Assembly (NCBI GenBank): GCA_030295235.1
Contig: AP026126.1
Location: 372,001-436,000, forward strand
Length of the DNA stretch: 64,000 nt
Reading direction: 5' to 3'
Origin: Fistulifera solaris
Lineage: Eukaryota
A program made the position numbers and the translations under genes. The notes below the pieces were generated by a model. The model did not search any database and was not told where the DNA came from. It saw only the letters and a list, made by a program, of their open reading frames with translations. This document shows, piece by piece, positions 35,574-47,640 of this stretch (position 1 is the stretch's first letter; each line of letters opens with the position of its first letter).

Positions 35574-36893
35574 ATGAGCGAACAATCAACACAAGATTTC
35601 TCTGCTTCGTCATCGTACCTCGACGACGACAGCAATCTCCCTGGCTTCATCGCAAAGTCTTTGTACCAACTGATGAATCTCCCTAAAAACATTGACAACG
35701 AGCCAGCCTTTCGAATTGTGAAAATACCGGTATCAGCTCAACAAAAAGTTTGGATTCTTCAGCTGCCGCCCTGTGAAAATGTAGCATGGAGATCCGGTCT
35801 CGACGAGGGAAATCATCATGTTGTCATTCGATTATGGAAGAGCAGCGGCACTTGGTGGAATTGTAACTCTCCATCCGCCCAAATACAGCGATTAGCACTT
35901 TCCGAAGTTACTGCCTATCGGATCGCTCATCGGCTATTGTCGGAGTTACGGATCCCTCGTGTCTTGCATTTCGAGGCCGCTCCACAACCGTGGGCCATTT
36001 TCGAATGTGTAGGTCCCTACTCCCAACAATGCATTTCGTGGGATACATCGTTTCTGGATTCAATGATTCATGTACGTCACGAGTTTGGTTTCGATGAACC
36101 GCATCCGCGATGGGGCCGTTTGCCGATTGAATCATGTGAACAGTATGGTGAAATGTTGCTACATCAAGTGGTGATACCACTACACCGTCACTGGCAAAGT
36201 CAAACCTACAAGGATGCGGTGGGCTTGTTCGGTTTTGCGAAAGAAAGTTCGACGCCAGGATTGCGGTACAGTGATATGATTCAAACATATCAGCACTTTC
36301 TGAACGACCTTCTGCTTCCCACTATAAGTCAACAATTACCCTTCATACAGAATGCAATCGTATTGCTACAACAGACCGTAAAGCGTCTGGAAATGGAAGC
36401 AGCGAAACACGGACTCATGAAAATACAAGACTCCTCTACTTCTCCCTTCTGCGTGCCTTGTCATATGGACTTACAGCCTCAAAATCTCATGTTTATCTTT
36501 TCTGATCCAGCGACCCAACCAAGGATTGTATCAGTCCTGGATTGGGAGGATGCGGCTTATGCGGATTGTCGATTCGAACTGCTCATGATGGGGCGGAAAG
36601 TGATGGCCCATCGACAACAAGCGGACCGCATCTGGAAATCGTACGAAGAAATTATGGGCGTTGTCTTGGGCCCCATCGAGCCGTGGCTCCGTCTAGAAAC
36701 AACGCACAGTTTGGTATCACTGCTGTTGCAAGTAGTCGCAAGAGGAGGAGGAAAGAAGTCGTGGGAGCAGCTGCCAGATATTCAGCAAAAAATAGTTCGA
36801 GAATTCCAGCGACTAGAGGGATTGGGATGGGAGTTTTCTTCCAGTATCCAAAACGAGATACTTTTTGATTTAGCGAATTGCGAGCGAGAGTAA
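35574..36893 (+). CDS. APH/choline-kinase-like phosphotransferase
   Basis: IPRVLHF, CHMDLQPQNL (Brenner motif), VLDWEDA, FEL. Confidence 0.8.
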   Translation: MSEQSTQDFSASSSYLDDDSNLPGFIAKSLYQLMNLPKNIDNEPAFRIVKIPVSAQQKVWILQLPPCENVAWRSGLDEGNHHVVIRLWKSSGTWWNCNSPSAQIQRLALSEVTAYRIAHRLLSELRIPRVLHFEAAPQPWAIFECVGPYSQQCISWDTSFLDSMIHVRHEFGFDEPHPRWGRLPIESCEQYGEMLLHQVVIPLHRHWQSQTYKDAVGLFGFAKESSTPGLRYSDMIQTYQHFLNDLLLPTISQQLPFIQNAIVLLQQTVKRLEMEAAKHGLMKIQDSSTSPFCVPCHMDLQPQNLMFIFSDPATQPRIVSVLDWEDAAYADCRFELLMMGRKVMAHRQQADRIWKSYEEIMGVVLGPIEPWLRLETTHSLVSLLLQVVARGGGKKSWEQLPDIQQKIVREFQRLEGLGWEFSSSIQNEILFDLANCERE

Positions 36894-36916
36894 GTGACTC
36901 TATTCAGAACCGCTTG

Positions 36917-38682
36917 TTATCCCTTAGCTTCTATTCTACTTTCATCCTCGCCAGACTCTTCCTCGTATGTGGCGTGAGGAGGAGACACCACGTTCTCTGC
37001 AGCTGCTGAATGCTCCTCTTTTGTTAAATGGAACAAGACCTTTTTTCGAAGTAATGCGCTATTTCAGCTGCTGTTGCTCGCTCTTTTGGATCGGCTCTGT
37101 AACACAGCTTCATAGCGTGTCGAATGGCGACTGCTGCTGGATCAGTGGTTTTGTCGTAGGGGGGCGGTATTGCAGGCGGAGTGCCAGTTGCAACGATTGA
37201 TCGCACTTCTTTTAGGCGCTCCGGTTTCATTTTTCCTCTCGGTGAATGTGTGGTCAGGGTATGGAAAGAATATTACCAAGCGCGTATACGTCGACCTTTT
37301 CATCGACAAGAATGTCGTTGGTTGTAGCATTCATTTCTTCCGGAGCTCTCCACCACGGTTCGTGGAGACGTGCCGGAAAGCCACAAGTTTCATTAGTTTC
37401 TGGATCATAATGTAAAAATTCCGCAATGTTGAAGTCATTCAGCTTCGGTTTGCCTCCTTCAAAGAGAGCGACATTCCTAGGATTTATGTCATAGTGAGAT
37501 AATGTAGGAACCGTGTCAGAATCGATACCGTGGACATCCGCTAAGCCGACAGCCACACTCGTTGCCATTTTTAGTTTCATGAGATAGGCTTGAGGAGTTT
37601 GGTCATGTCCGCGAAGCCGGCGATTGAATACTTCTAACGATTGAACACCTTCGTAAGGAAAGTTCGCCAGCTCGTTGATGGCGGAATTTCCGCAGGCACC
37701 GTAGACATCGACCACAAAAGGACTTCGTGTCAATCGCTCCATTGCCACGGCATCTCTACGATGAAGCTCATAGTACTCGCGTTTGTATTCACGCTCAATG
37801 CGCAGCGTTTTCAGTACAAGAGATTCCGTAGGAACATCTTTGTCATAACTCCTTCGATCCAATCGCCATGTCGTTCGAAACCATCCTTCACCCAACACCG
37901 TCAGTTCTTCTTCCAGATCCATTGATCGCTTAAAAGCTTCCGGTAAGGCGGCATGCAACTGCAGCTCGTGTAAATTGTTGCAAGTAGGAAAGGATTTCGT
38001 TTGCCATTCCGCCCGTGGCTGACATCGACTTGTCGTATAGTCGATGGGCTGCCAGTCATCGAGCGCATCGTTTTCGTAGGAACGTAAGGAATGCATCATG
38101 GTTTCGTCCACTTGATACGATTGACCCAAGGGAGAAGACGCATCCCACGCTCCCAACAAAAGTGCACCCTCGCGGAGGCGACACGTTCTTTGGATGGCTG
38201 CTCCACCACGAAAACACCGTGGATCTACTGGATCTTTGTTGTCGTAACTGAGGAATCCCTCGTGTATCCTCCATGGCACTCGACCACCACCAATACAGGG
38301 ACACCGTGCTCATCACCAGCGAACACACGGTCGACATGAGCAAAATGAGAATTAAAAGACTTGCCAGAGTCCATTTTCGGGGTCGACACAATTGCCATCG
38401 ACGTCGGCTCGTGTCACCGGGGAATACGGCTCCGGACGACCGGTGGGTAGGTGTGCCCTGGATTGTTGCGATAGAAGGAGATGAGGATGGTGATGCGGAA
38501 AAGAATAGATTTTTGGCGTGTCTTTGGCGTACGCCTCGAGAATTGGGTGTATTCGACACGGGAGAAACGTCCGGTTTGTTAAGTGTTTTGGAGGGATCCT
38601 CCGTATCCTCGATTTTCTTCTCGCCGTAGGAGCTATCTCCGTCCGATTTTGCGTTCTTCTGCGATTGAATACTGCGAAACAT
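36917..38682 (-). CDS. Membrane-anchored protein kinase (PKDCC/VLK-like)
   Basis: N-terminal TM; LGEGWFR, VLKT, HYDINPRN, DFN, WRAPEE, DVYALG, CYRADPKERATA; several frameshifts, so the ends are approximate. Confidence 0.8.
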
Positions 38683-39339
38683 TATGTTCTTCGAAAAATT
38701 TTTGTGCAGCGAAGCAAAGATATGTGCGAAAATGGGTGCGATGGATGTACAATCGGCGGAGATTGAGAGACAATAAGTGCGCTTTACAAGGACGCCGCTT
38801 TGCTCAGACCTACGTAACGCCTACTTTGAGCTTGTCTTGTTTGTGAAAGCTACTGTTTGTAAATGTACACCGATTTTTTCTTTACAAAATGTCGTCGAAA
38901 TGAAGAAATGTAAATAGTATACTTGGTACCTGGTAGACGTTCCCTTCGTCAAGAGTTCGGGACAGCACAAATCACAAATAAAATGCAGCCGTCAATCGTT
39001 CGAGGTGGAAAAACGGGAGACGGGATCGTCACGTGTGGTTTTGGTGGTTGAGGCTTTAGTATACATTGAAATTGTATATAGTAGTCTGATCCGGTTTTCA
39101 CCATTTTTATACAGGGAACTCGATTGAGAAAGCTAACGGTAATAAACGATATCTTTATTTCCGTTGCATTGTACACGAATGCATTATTTCGACCTCGGCC
39201 GGCGCAAATAGGCGAGAAGATGTCGCAGCCCTCGATCGCTCCGCATTTGGCTCTTTCGCCGTCTTTTGGTGAAATCAATCGACGACGACAATTAAAGTCT
39301 ACCCATTCACTGCTATTCGAAATACACATTCGTTTAATC

Positions 39340-39794
39340 ATGGCTGATTCAGGAACAGGAATCAAAGAGCTCATGGCCGCGGAAACGCGAGCATCTCAAA
39401 TTGTCGCGGAAGCACGAACTGGTACGTTAACGAAAATGCTTCGCCCGGTGCGGTAGTGTTTGCGTTTTCGCCTCACGACGCTTTTTTTTCAATAGGACGA
39501 GGCGATCGCATGAAACAAGCCAAAGTGGAGGCACAGAGCTTGATTGACGCTTATCGGGGAGAAAAGCAAGAAGAATTCAACAACATGGTACTTTCCACGG
39601 GTGGGTCGCAGGGTAATGCTTCGGCTAAACTCCAGGCCGAGACGGCCAAAGAAATTAAGGCGATGGAAGTGAGTTTTCAAAAGAATGCACAAAAGGCTAT
39701 TGATGTATTGCTCAGCAAGTGCTGTGAAGTGTCTTTGGAAGTTCCGACCGCACGAGTTCGTTCGACGCAAAAGAACGCCGGTGTTGTTTCTTAA
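39340..39794 (+). CDS. ATP6V1G: V-type H+-ATPase subunit G
   Basis: GIKELMAAETRASQIVAEAR..RMKQAKVEA; intron 39422-39495. Confidence 0.93.
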
Positions 39795-40215
39795 TAATAT
39801 TATGTAAAGGCGATTTCTATTCTCCTCGGCACGCGACATATGATTTCTGTTTTGTTTGTGATTATTCTAGTGGGAAGTTATAGGCAAATTACCATGATTT
39901 TTCAGCATTGCCTCGTGAACGAAGAGAACGTGCTTTTTGTAGCCAGGATTTTTTTGTCGCATCTCTCGCCACGTTTCGAGTGTTTACCTGGAAAGATCCT
40001 CAATTAGACTATTCAAGTCGGAATTTTCTTGGATTAGTGCTATTGCTTAAACGTCTGGCTCCAACTTTGCAAAAGTGCCCGTATCTCGAATTGATAGTCG
40101 TCCAAAAAAGCAATTACACCGTCCGCATTCGTTCTGATAATAAACAAAGAAATGTAACAAATATTTAGGAAACTGGGCATATAGTCTTAATTTCTATTCC
40201 TTCCCAATGGCGAAA

Positions 40216-41273
40216 TCATCCCCTCGGAGTCGCAAAACCAAATTGCGTATTATCAAAGGGTTCCGGCAAGGGCTGCTTGGTGAGAGCCTCTGCTCTGGCT
40301 TTGGTCTCTGCAAACATTGGATGGGTAAAATAACGTTCTCCGAAAGAAGGAATGATACATACAGCTACTTTGTCTTGGTTTCAGGACGAGAGCAAACCTG
40401 CACCGCAGCCTCCACAATTGCCCCCGACGAGACCCCGGTGGGCAACCCCATCATCCACAATTTGAACGTCATTGCCTCGGCTATACTCGAGTGCACCGCA
40501 ACAACTTCATCCAAAAGAGTAATATCCAAAACCTCAGGAACTAAACCCGCTCCTATCCCCTGTATCCTGTGAGGACCTTGGGGTCCGATCTTAGTTCCGC
40601 CTCGAGCTTCCGTAATCAGCATTTGTTCTTGCGGTTCGACTGCTACTGTATACAACTCCGGTTTCAGTGGCGGGCAGTCAAATTCTGTGCATCCCTTGAT
40701 GTATTGCGATACACCTGTGACAGTTCCCCCGGTCCCAACTCCTGCCACGAATATGTCAATAGTGCCCTCTGTATCACGCCAGATTTCCGGTCCCGTCGTC
40801 TCTCGGTGGATCGCCGGATTGGCGGGGTTGACAAACTGATTGAGCATGACACCCTTCCCGCCCAGCTCTTGCAAAATTTCGTGGGCCTTGGCCAATGCCC
40901 CGTGTACGACGGTTTCTTTGGGTGTCAAGACGACTTCGGCCCCCAACGCCAATAGCATCATGCGCCTTTCGACGCTCATGGTTTCCGGCATGGTGAGAAT
41001 GCAACGGTAGCCACGTTCGCGGGCAATAAAGGCGAGAGCAATGCCGGTGTTCCCCGAAGTCGCCTCCACGAGAACGGATTTTCCCGGAATAAGGAGGCCG
41101 TCTTTTTCGGCTCGATCAATCATGCTTTTGCCCAAACGATCCTTGACGGAACTACAAGGACCGAGGGATTCCATCTTGCCCAGGAGAGTAGCATTGTGAT
41201 TCGGAACGAGGCTGGAAAGGTCAAGTAAGGGAGTGTCACCGACCAAGTCGGAAGGACGAGCTGCGACGCGCAT
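40216..41273 (-). CDS. cysK: Cysteine synthase (O-acetylserine thiol-lyase)
   Basis: SVKDR (PLP Lys), EATSGNTG, GVGTGGT, HRIQGIGAG, GVSSGA, PSFGERY after a frameshift near 40370. Confidence 0.95.
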
Positions 41274-41907
41274 AATTCGAAAAGGAAGGTTGATGATGAT
41301 GCTATTACTGTCGTTGTGTGACGCTAAAACAAAATGGGAAGATGATTCTCATGGAAATTATCTTTCCCACGATCCTTTGAGAAGCGCAGAATGGGATGAT
41401 GATACATGCATGAGAACGCCTGAGAAGTCTGTTTTCAACCGCGCGTTGTAGATGATGAACTCCCACGAAATGATTGTTCTTGGTAAATTTCAACAAAGAT
41501 ATTGGCACTGTGGCCCTGTTGATGAAGTTCCCATTACCCTCATGTGTTAACTTGCTGCGAAATGATAAGTATTTTGAGAATGCCTTCGAGTTTTTCATTG
41601 CAATCATCAATGTTTGGTACCGGAAGGTCACTTATTTTCCTATATAACATAGTTTTTTCTTAACTGACATTTCTCACAACTCGACCAGAAAGTACCTTTG
41701 TTGAATTTTCTGCTTCCTCATTTATCATGATCGCAAACCCAAGCGGACATTAATCAACAACTGCAAACAATACTCGCAAATAACAATAATTGATTACCAG
41801 CTTGCAACCTAATGATAAACATTTCTGGTTCGACCACGGCATCGAGATATAAGATGGTAACTCGCAACACATTCGTTGGAAAGGTGAAGTCTTCCAAACG
41901 CTTCACA

Positions 41908-44499
41908 ATGCGGATGCCGTTGTGGTTAAGATGGATCATTAGCTGGTTCTTTCTTGTTCCGTCATTACAACCTTCTTTCCTCCAGATAAGTTTCTTCAAT
42001 ACTCTACTACTTCCTACGTACGCAGAAGTCTTGGATGGCCCGGCTAGCTACGCGCGTGGTCAGGAACTCTTCCAACAAGGTGCCTACGAGGAGGCGGCCA
42101 CGGAATTGTGGAAAGCCGTTCTCTTGCACGGAAGTACTCCACCGGAGCAGCAGTACAGCGTACCCGACGTCTTCCAGATATTCATGCAATGTTACAGTAT
42201 TCAGGGGAAAACGGCGGACGGTTTTGCGTTTGTGGCTTCCGAATCCTTTCGTCGGGGACAGATCGATATGGGAAAATCGTACTTGGAACAAGCCTTTGCC
42301 GTAGATGCCAATAGCGCAGCGGCCAAAGCTGTGCGGAACGAATTCCGATCTCTTTTCGAAGTTACAGTGGGCCATGACGAAACATCAGCCAGTCAAGACG
42401 ATCAAAGCTTGAATGCCGACCTCAAGGGCAAGACGCCCGAAGAATTGTACGAAATCGGGTCGTTGCATTTTTCCGAAAAGAACTTTGAAGAATGTGCGGA
42501 TGTCTTTGAAATTTCCTGTCTTCGGTCCGGTGGACAGCTGGGTCCTTCCTGCGTTAACGCAGTGTACTGTCGAATGATGATTTCGGATTACGGATTCAAT
42601 GGAACTCAATTCGAAAAAGATATCGCACGTATCGAAGATTTTACCAGGAAAGAGACGTCTCTCTTTCGCTTAGATTACTCGGGCATGTCTATGAAAGAGC
42701 CCTTTGCTTGGAGAAGGGCAACATCGGTTCATCCTCACATGGTAGGTTGCCAGCAATATCTTGTTTGCGGCGTTTACTGAATAATATCATTAACTCTTGT
42801 ATCTCAATAAACTGGTGCACACAGATGCTTGGGTACCCAGTAGACCCCATGTTCAAACGATACGTTGCTGAATCGTGTGCATTCATGGATGAACCCATGG
42901 CCCGAGCCACAAAAGCAGTGAACAGTCAGCTCCCCCCACTTCCAGATGGTTTGCCGTACGACGTGGATGCCTACCGGGAAACCTTTCGGGAGGAATTTCG
43001 GGATCCGTCGGCAAAGATACGCGTTGGATTTGTGGGCGCCGGTTTTAACTCGAAAGCAGTCATGTATCTTTCGCATGATATGTTTCGCTTTTTCGATTCG
43101 GAACGCTTCGAAATTCATGTTTTCAGCTTCGGCCCGCCGGACCACGAGCTTTTCATTCGCCATAGCATGAGAGGTGTTGATTGGCGAGAACGCGTGAAAG
43201 CAAACGTGGATTATTTCCATGATTGCCAAGGTATGAAAAATGATCATATCGAGGCCGCAAAGTATATTCATGATCACCGAATTCATATTTTGATCGAATG
43301 GGATGGTTACGCAAGACAAGGCGAGAGAGCTCAAGGCCTGTTTGCCTTACGACCCGCACCTCGTAAGTATTTGACATAGTCCAGCGACTGCCGTTGCCTA
43401 ATGTGAAGCACTCATAGACTTTCGTGTCGGAATTGCAGTTCAAATGATCCATCAAGAATACATAGGGACTAGTGGTGGCCTTTTCGTCGACTACCACTTC
43501 ACTGATTTAATAACAACCCCCGTTGAAACTCAAGATCTTTTCGTCGAGAAATTGATTTACATGCCAAATCACTTTTTCAGCAAAGGACATGCATATCAGG
43601 CCGAAGTGAAAAAGCCTACTTACGAATACACTCCGAAAGACGGTGCATATCGACCAGGTACAGGCACACCATCTGAAAACCGATGCCTTGCACCCCTTAA
43701 TGTAGGCCCGTCCAAGCCTTCTTTTGTCTTCTGTAACTTTAATAAAATACTGAAGAACAATCCCGAGACTCTAAGGAGCTGGATCCGAATACTTAGAGAG
43801 GTCCCGGACTCGATGCTGTGCTTGATGGAGAATCCTGACATTGCAATACCATACGTACGGCGATTTATCCACGAAGCAGCCGGAACATCGGATGGGTCCG
43901 ATCCCAATACTTTTGTACCTGGAGACGGAGATGCACTGAATCAGCGTATACACTTTCTTCCGTGGGAAAAAAATCCTTTTGTTCATCAGATGCGAAATCA
44001 AGACTTTTGCAATGTAATGCTTGATTCACATCCTTACAATGGACATACGGTTGCCCAGGATGCTCTTTATGGTGGAGTGCCTATTGTCACTCGAAGCGAC
44101 GGCAAAGACATGAGTTCTCGCGTTACAACTTCCGGAAATATTGTGCTCGGAATTGAGGAGTTGAATGCGTACGGTGGTTCTGTGGACTACGAAAATATCG
44201 CAATACAATTAGGAACAAATTTCACGAAGTACGATGGCATCAGAAAGAAGTTAATAGCTTCAGCACTCCAGCGTAACCCTATGCATCCATATTGGGATGT
44301 GGCGCGGTATGTAAAGAACTTTGAGACAGGGCTGTACACGGCATGGTCAAATTTTCTAGAAGGAAACCTCCCGCGTCATATTTTTGTTGATGAGGGCGAA
44401 CAAGCTACGAAAGGGACCTACGACGAAGAAATAGTGGCAAACCCACCACAAGGAAAATCGAAAAGGAAAGAAACTAGAGCTAACAAAGACGAATTATAA
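41908..44499 (+). CDS. GT41 (OGT/SPINDLY-family) glycosyltransferase with TPRs, N-terminal hydrophobic leader and C-terminal KDEL
   Basis: IRVGFV, IHILIEWDGY, FALRPAPLQ, FVFCNFNKILK, DSHPYNGHT, GVPIVT, SRV; introns 42742-42824 and 43363-43438; ends NKDEL*. Confidence 0.88.
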
Positions 44500-44533
44500 G
44501 AAACCACGTTATCATCATCACCTTTCCAGCGTG

Positions 44534-47416
44534 CTACCCTGAAGTGTCCATTTTACCAAGAACGTCTCCGCTCTCTGTCTCGATGACATCGTACATTTTG
44601 CCCTCCAAAGGAATTGCATCTTTGCCCGTGGCAAAAAGCTTTTTTCTGTCCATGATCTTCTCAAATTCTTCATCTGAAATTGCAATGTTTTCAATATCTC
44701 CGCCTCTCGCCTCCAGATCCCTGATATCGCTCTGCAACAACGACTGAAGACCCTCCACATCAATGTCGCCACCAGACCGGCGGCCAGCTTTCTTAAAGTC
44801 TCCACCGGCAATAGTCATTCTCTCAAGTTTCTTCTTTGATATCTGCTTCTCCATCATTTCAATATCAACCGAATTAGCTGTAATTAGACGGTAAACAGCA
44901 ACCGGACGGGTCTGGCCAATGCGATGACATCCTGCAAACAACTTTGTTAGAAACGAAAGCAGATCAAATCAAAACAAGTGACAGCATCGCTTTACTTACT
45001 GTCCATTGCTTGAGAATCAGCAAACTAAGAATTCGCAGTCAGAATGTGAGGTATGCTGATATTCGGAACGAGTGAATATGCAATTAGTCGTCTCCAATAA
45101 AACTCACCGGGTTCCAGTCACTATCAAAAATGATGCAAGTGTCTGCAGCGGTCAAGTTAATGCCCAAACCACCAGCACGTGTGCTCAACAGAAACACAAA
45201 AAGACGGTCGTCTGCTGTATTCCTTTTCCCGTTGTCCAGGTATTTCTCAGCATTGAACTTATCCATTTGCCTTTGGCGCTCGTTAATTTCCGTTGACCCA
45301 TCAATGCGACAATAACTCCATTTCCTGAAGCGCAAGTAGTCTTCCATAACGTTCAGCACGCTGGTCATTTGACTAAAAATGAGGACTTGGTGGCCATCTT
45401 TGAAAAGACGATCAAGCATGCGGTCGAGAAGAGCAAATTTACCCGACGCCCGGACCAGAAGCTGAGGGTGAACTGTTCCGATGTGAGACCCGGTAGCCGG
45501 GTCGATAGGCTCTCCGAAGAGAAACGGGTGGCTATCAACAAGAAAAGGCAACAAAGTTAGAACAAGTCAGTTCTCAAGAAAGTTCACAAAGAAGAAACAC
45601 TCACTTGATATTCTTGCGGTGATTCATCATTTTATTTGTCTGGCTCAAGGTGCGACCTGATTCTATCCCTTGCTGGATAAGAGAGTCACGCAAAGTTCCT
45701 TTCTCGATTAAATCAGCGTATCCTTCCTGAAGCTTCGAGATCCCGGAATAGACAATAACCTCTTTCTTTGGGGGCATTTCTTTCAAAACATCTGTCTTGA
45801 TACGGCGAAGCAAAAACGGCCGAAGGATAGAGTGGAGTTTTGTTACAGTTTGATTCTTTCTCTGCTCAAGTAAAATTGTCTCTTCCTTGGTTGCTCCCTG
45901 ATTCTTCTGACCAATATTCTTGAAACCAAACCAAGACTGAAACACCGAAAGATCGTCGAAGATCTGAGGATTGACGAAATTCAAAAGGCTCCAAAGTTCA
46001 TCAAGTGAGTTTTGAATGGGTGTTCCTGTAAGTAGGAGTCTGTTTCCAGCTTTGAGACGCTTGAGGGATGATATCAAAGTGCATCTGTGGTTCTTTAGAC
46101 GATGGCCTTCGTCCACGATGAGGTAAGTGAACTCGGAAAGTTTTTCCAGTCTGGCTTGATCTCGAATGGCAACCTCGTATGATGTGACAATGAAAGGGTA
46201 GTCAGAATTGCGCCTCAATTTTGGATTCATTGGACCCTTGAACATGGCTTCGCGCTCGGCGTTATTACCATGGTATCGAATCACAGGTTGAGTCGGCAGC
46301 CATTTTTCGAACTCCCGAACCCAATTCGGCAGCGTAGCCAGAGGAGCAACAATCAAAAATGGTCCAGAGACTTTCTGTGTCAGCAAATGTGCAATAAGTG
46401 CCACACATTGAACTGTTTTACCGAGACCCATTTCTGTAACGCGGTGAAAATAAATTGTGAGCGCCGACTGAGCAATCATTTAGCAACATTCAAAAGACAA
46501 GCTGTGCAACGTACCATCTGCCAAGATCCCCGAAACACCATTCTCAAAAAGCGAAGCCAGCCAACGGACACCCTCAAGCTGGTAATCTTTGAGAACGCAA
46601 TCGCTTGCGAGGTTTGGAGGTTGAATGAAGACGGCCTTGTCTAGCGCAGCTAGCTTCGCTTTCTTTGTAGCACCTTTACCGTCGTCGCTGCCTTTGCGTT
46701 TGTTCTTCTTCTCCATTTTGGCAAGCGTTTTTCGTGCTTGATCTGCCATGGCCGACTGCAGATCGTCGAGATCACGAGCAATGAAGTTTGAATATTCGTG
46801 CGCTTTGGAGAGAAGAAAATCAAGCTGATTCGCCTAAGGGTAATGAGACGCATGTCAGTTTTAGAAAAGACAGTCAAACACAAATCAATCTGTTGAAACC
46901 TTCAACACCACTGACGTATTTTACAATGCACAGCTGGTCAAACTCCAATGTATCGCCAAGCAAAACATCCCTCCAGCGAAACAAGTCGATAAGAAACGTC
47001 ACGTACTCTTTGGTGGATGTGAGGAGCTTCCGAGGTTCCGTCTTTCTTCTCATCCGCATCACCTTGTAACGACGCGTTTTTTTCACCGTCCGATTCCTGC
47101 TCCGAGTCCGAAGCTTGCACTTGTCCGTCTTCCAATGCTTTTTGGAGAAGCTTCGGCGCCGCGTGAACATCCTTGGGCTGAGATGGGAGTGACGGCGAAG
47201 AGAGAAGGCGCGTTTCTTCTTCTTTTCCAAGTTCGTGAAAAGCTCGTCTTCTTCATCGGCTCCTTCCTCCTTCTCTTCTACTGGATCTTCAATTTCATCT
47301 TCTTCGGGCGTCAAAGCCGAAACCGGGTTATCCAGCATTGGCTTGGGTTCTTCCAAGTCCTTGGCTTCGGTCACTTCCGGAGGGAAATTGGCGGAAGAAT
47401 TTTCGAGAGTCGTCAT
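44534..47416 (-). CDS. DDM1: SNF2-family chromatin remodeler, DDM1/HELLS (LSH) subfamily
   Basis: GILADEMGLGKT, DEGHRLKN, TGTPIQNSL, LSTRAGGLGINL, DSDWNP, QAMDRCHRIGQ; about 5 introns; no HAND-SANT-SLIDE or chromodomain. Confidence 0.85.
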
Positions 47417-47596
47417 GGTTTGTGCTAGTTATGTTTGCGACGTGAAAAATCGAGAAAGAAAAAGAGCTCGAGTTTAAAAGCAATAGATGGGGTACGTGTC
47501 CGCCTCCGTTAATACTTTTTGTGGTGTTTGCGCGGAGGGATGAGAGAAAGCGCAACGCGATGGGAAATGAAGAAAAAAAGTCGTCAGGAGAAAGGA

Positions 47597-47640
47597 CGGG
47601 AAAATGGTCCACTAAAGACGGTACAGTCATTTTGGCGCGC
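47597..47640. promoter_or_regulatory. Two E2F-like sites upstream of DDM1/HELLS
   Basis: cgggaaaa (TTTTCCCG on the minus strand) at 47597 and ttttggcgcgc at 47630, about 200 nt upstream of the ATG. Confidence 0.4.

Noticed and set aside
8880..47416. Apparent epigenetic/silencing gene cluster (RdRP, deaminase, bromodomain, HDAC, DDM1)
   Set aside because: The genes are spread over about 40 kb among unrelated housekeeping genes and the HDAC looks organellar, so chance proximity in a compact genome explains it.
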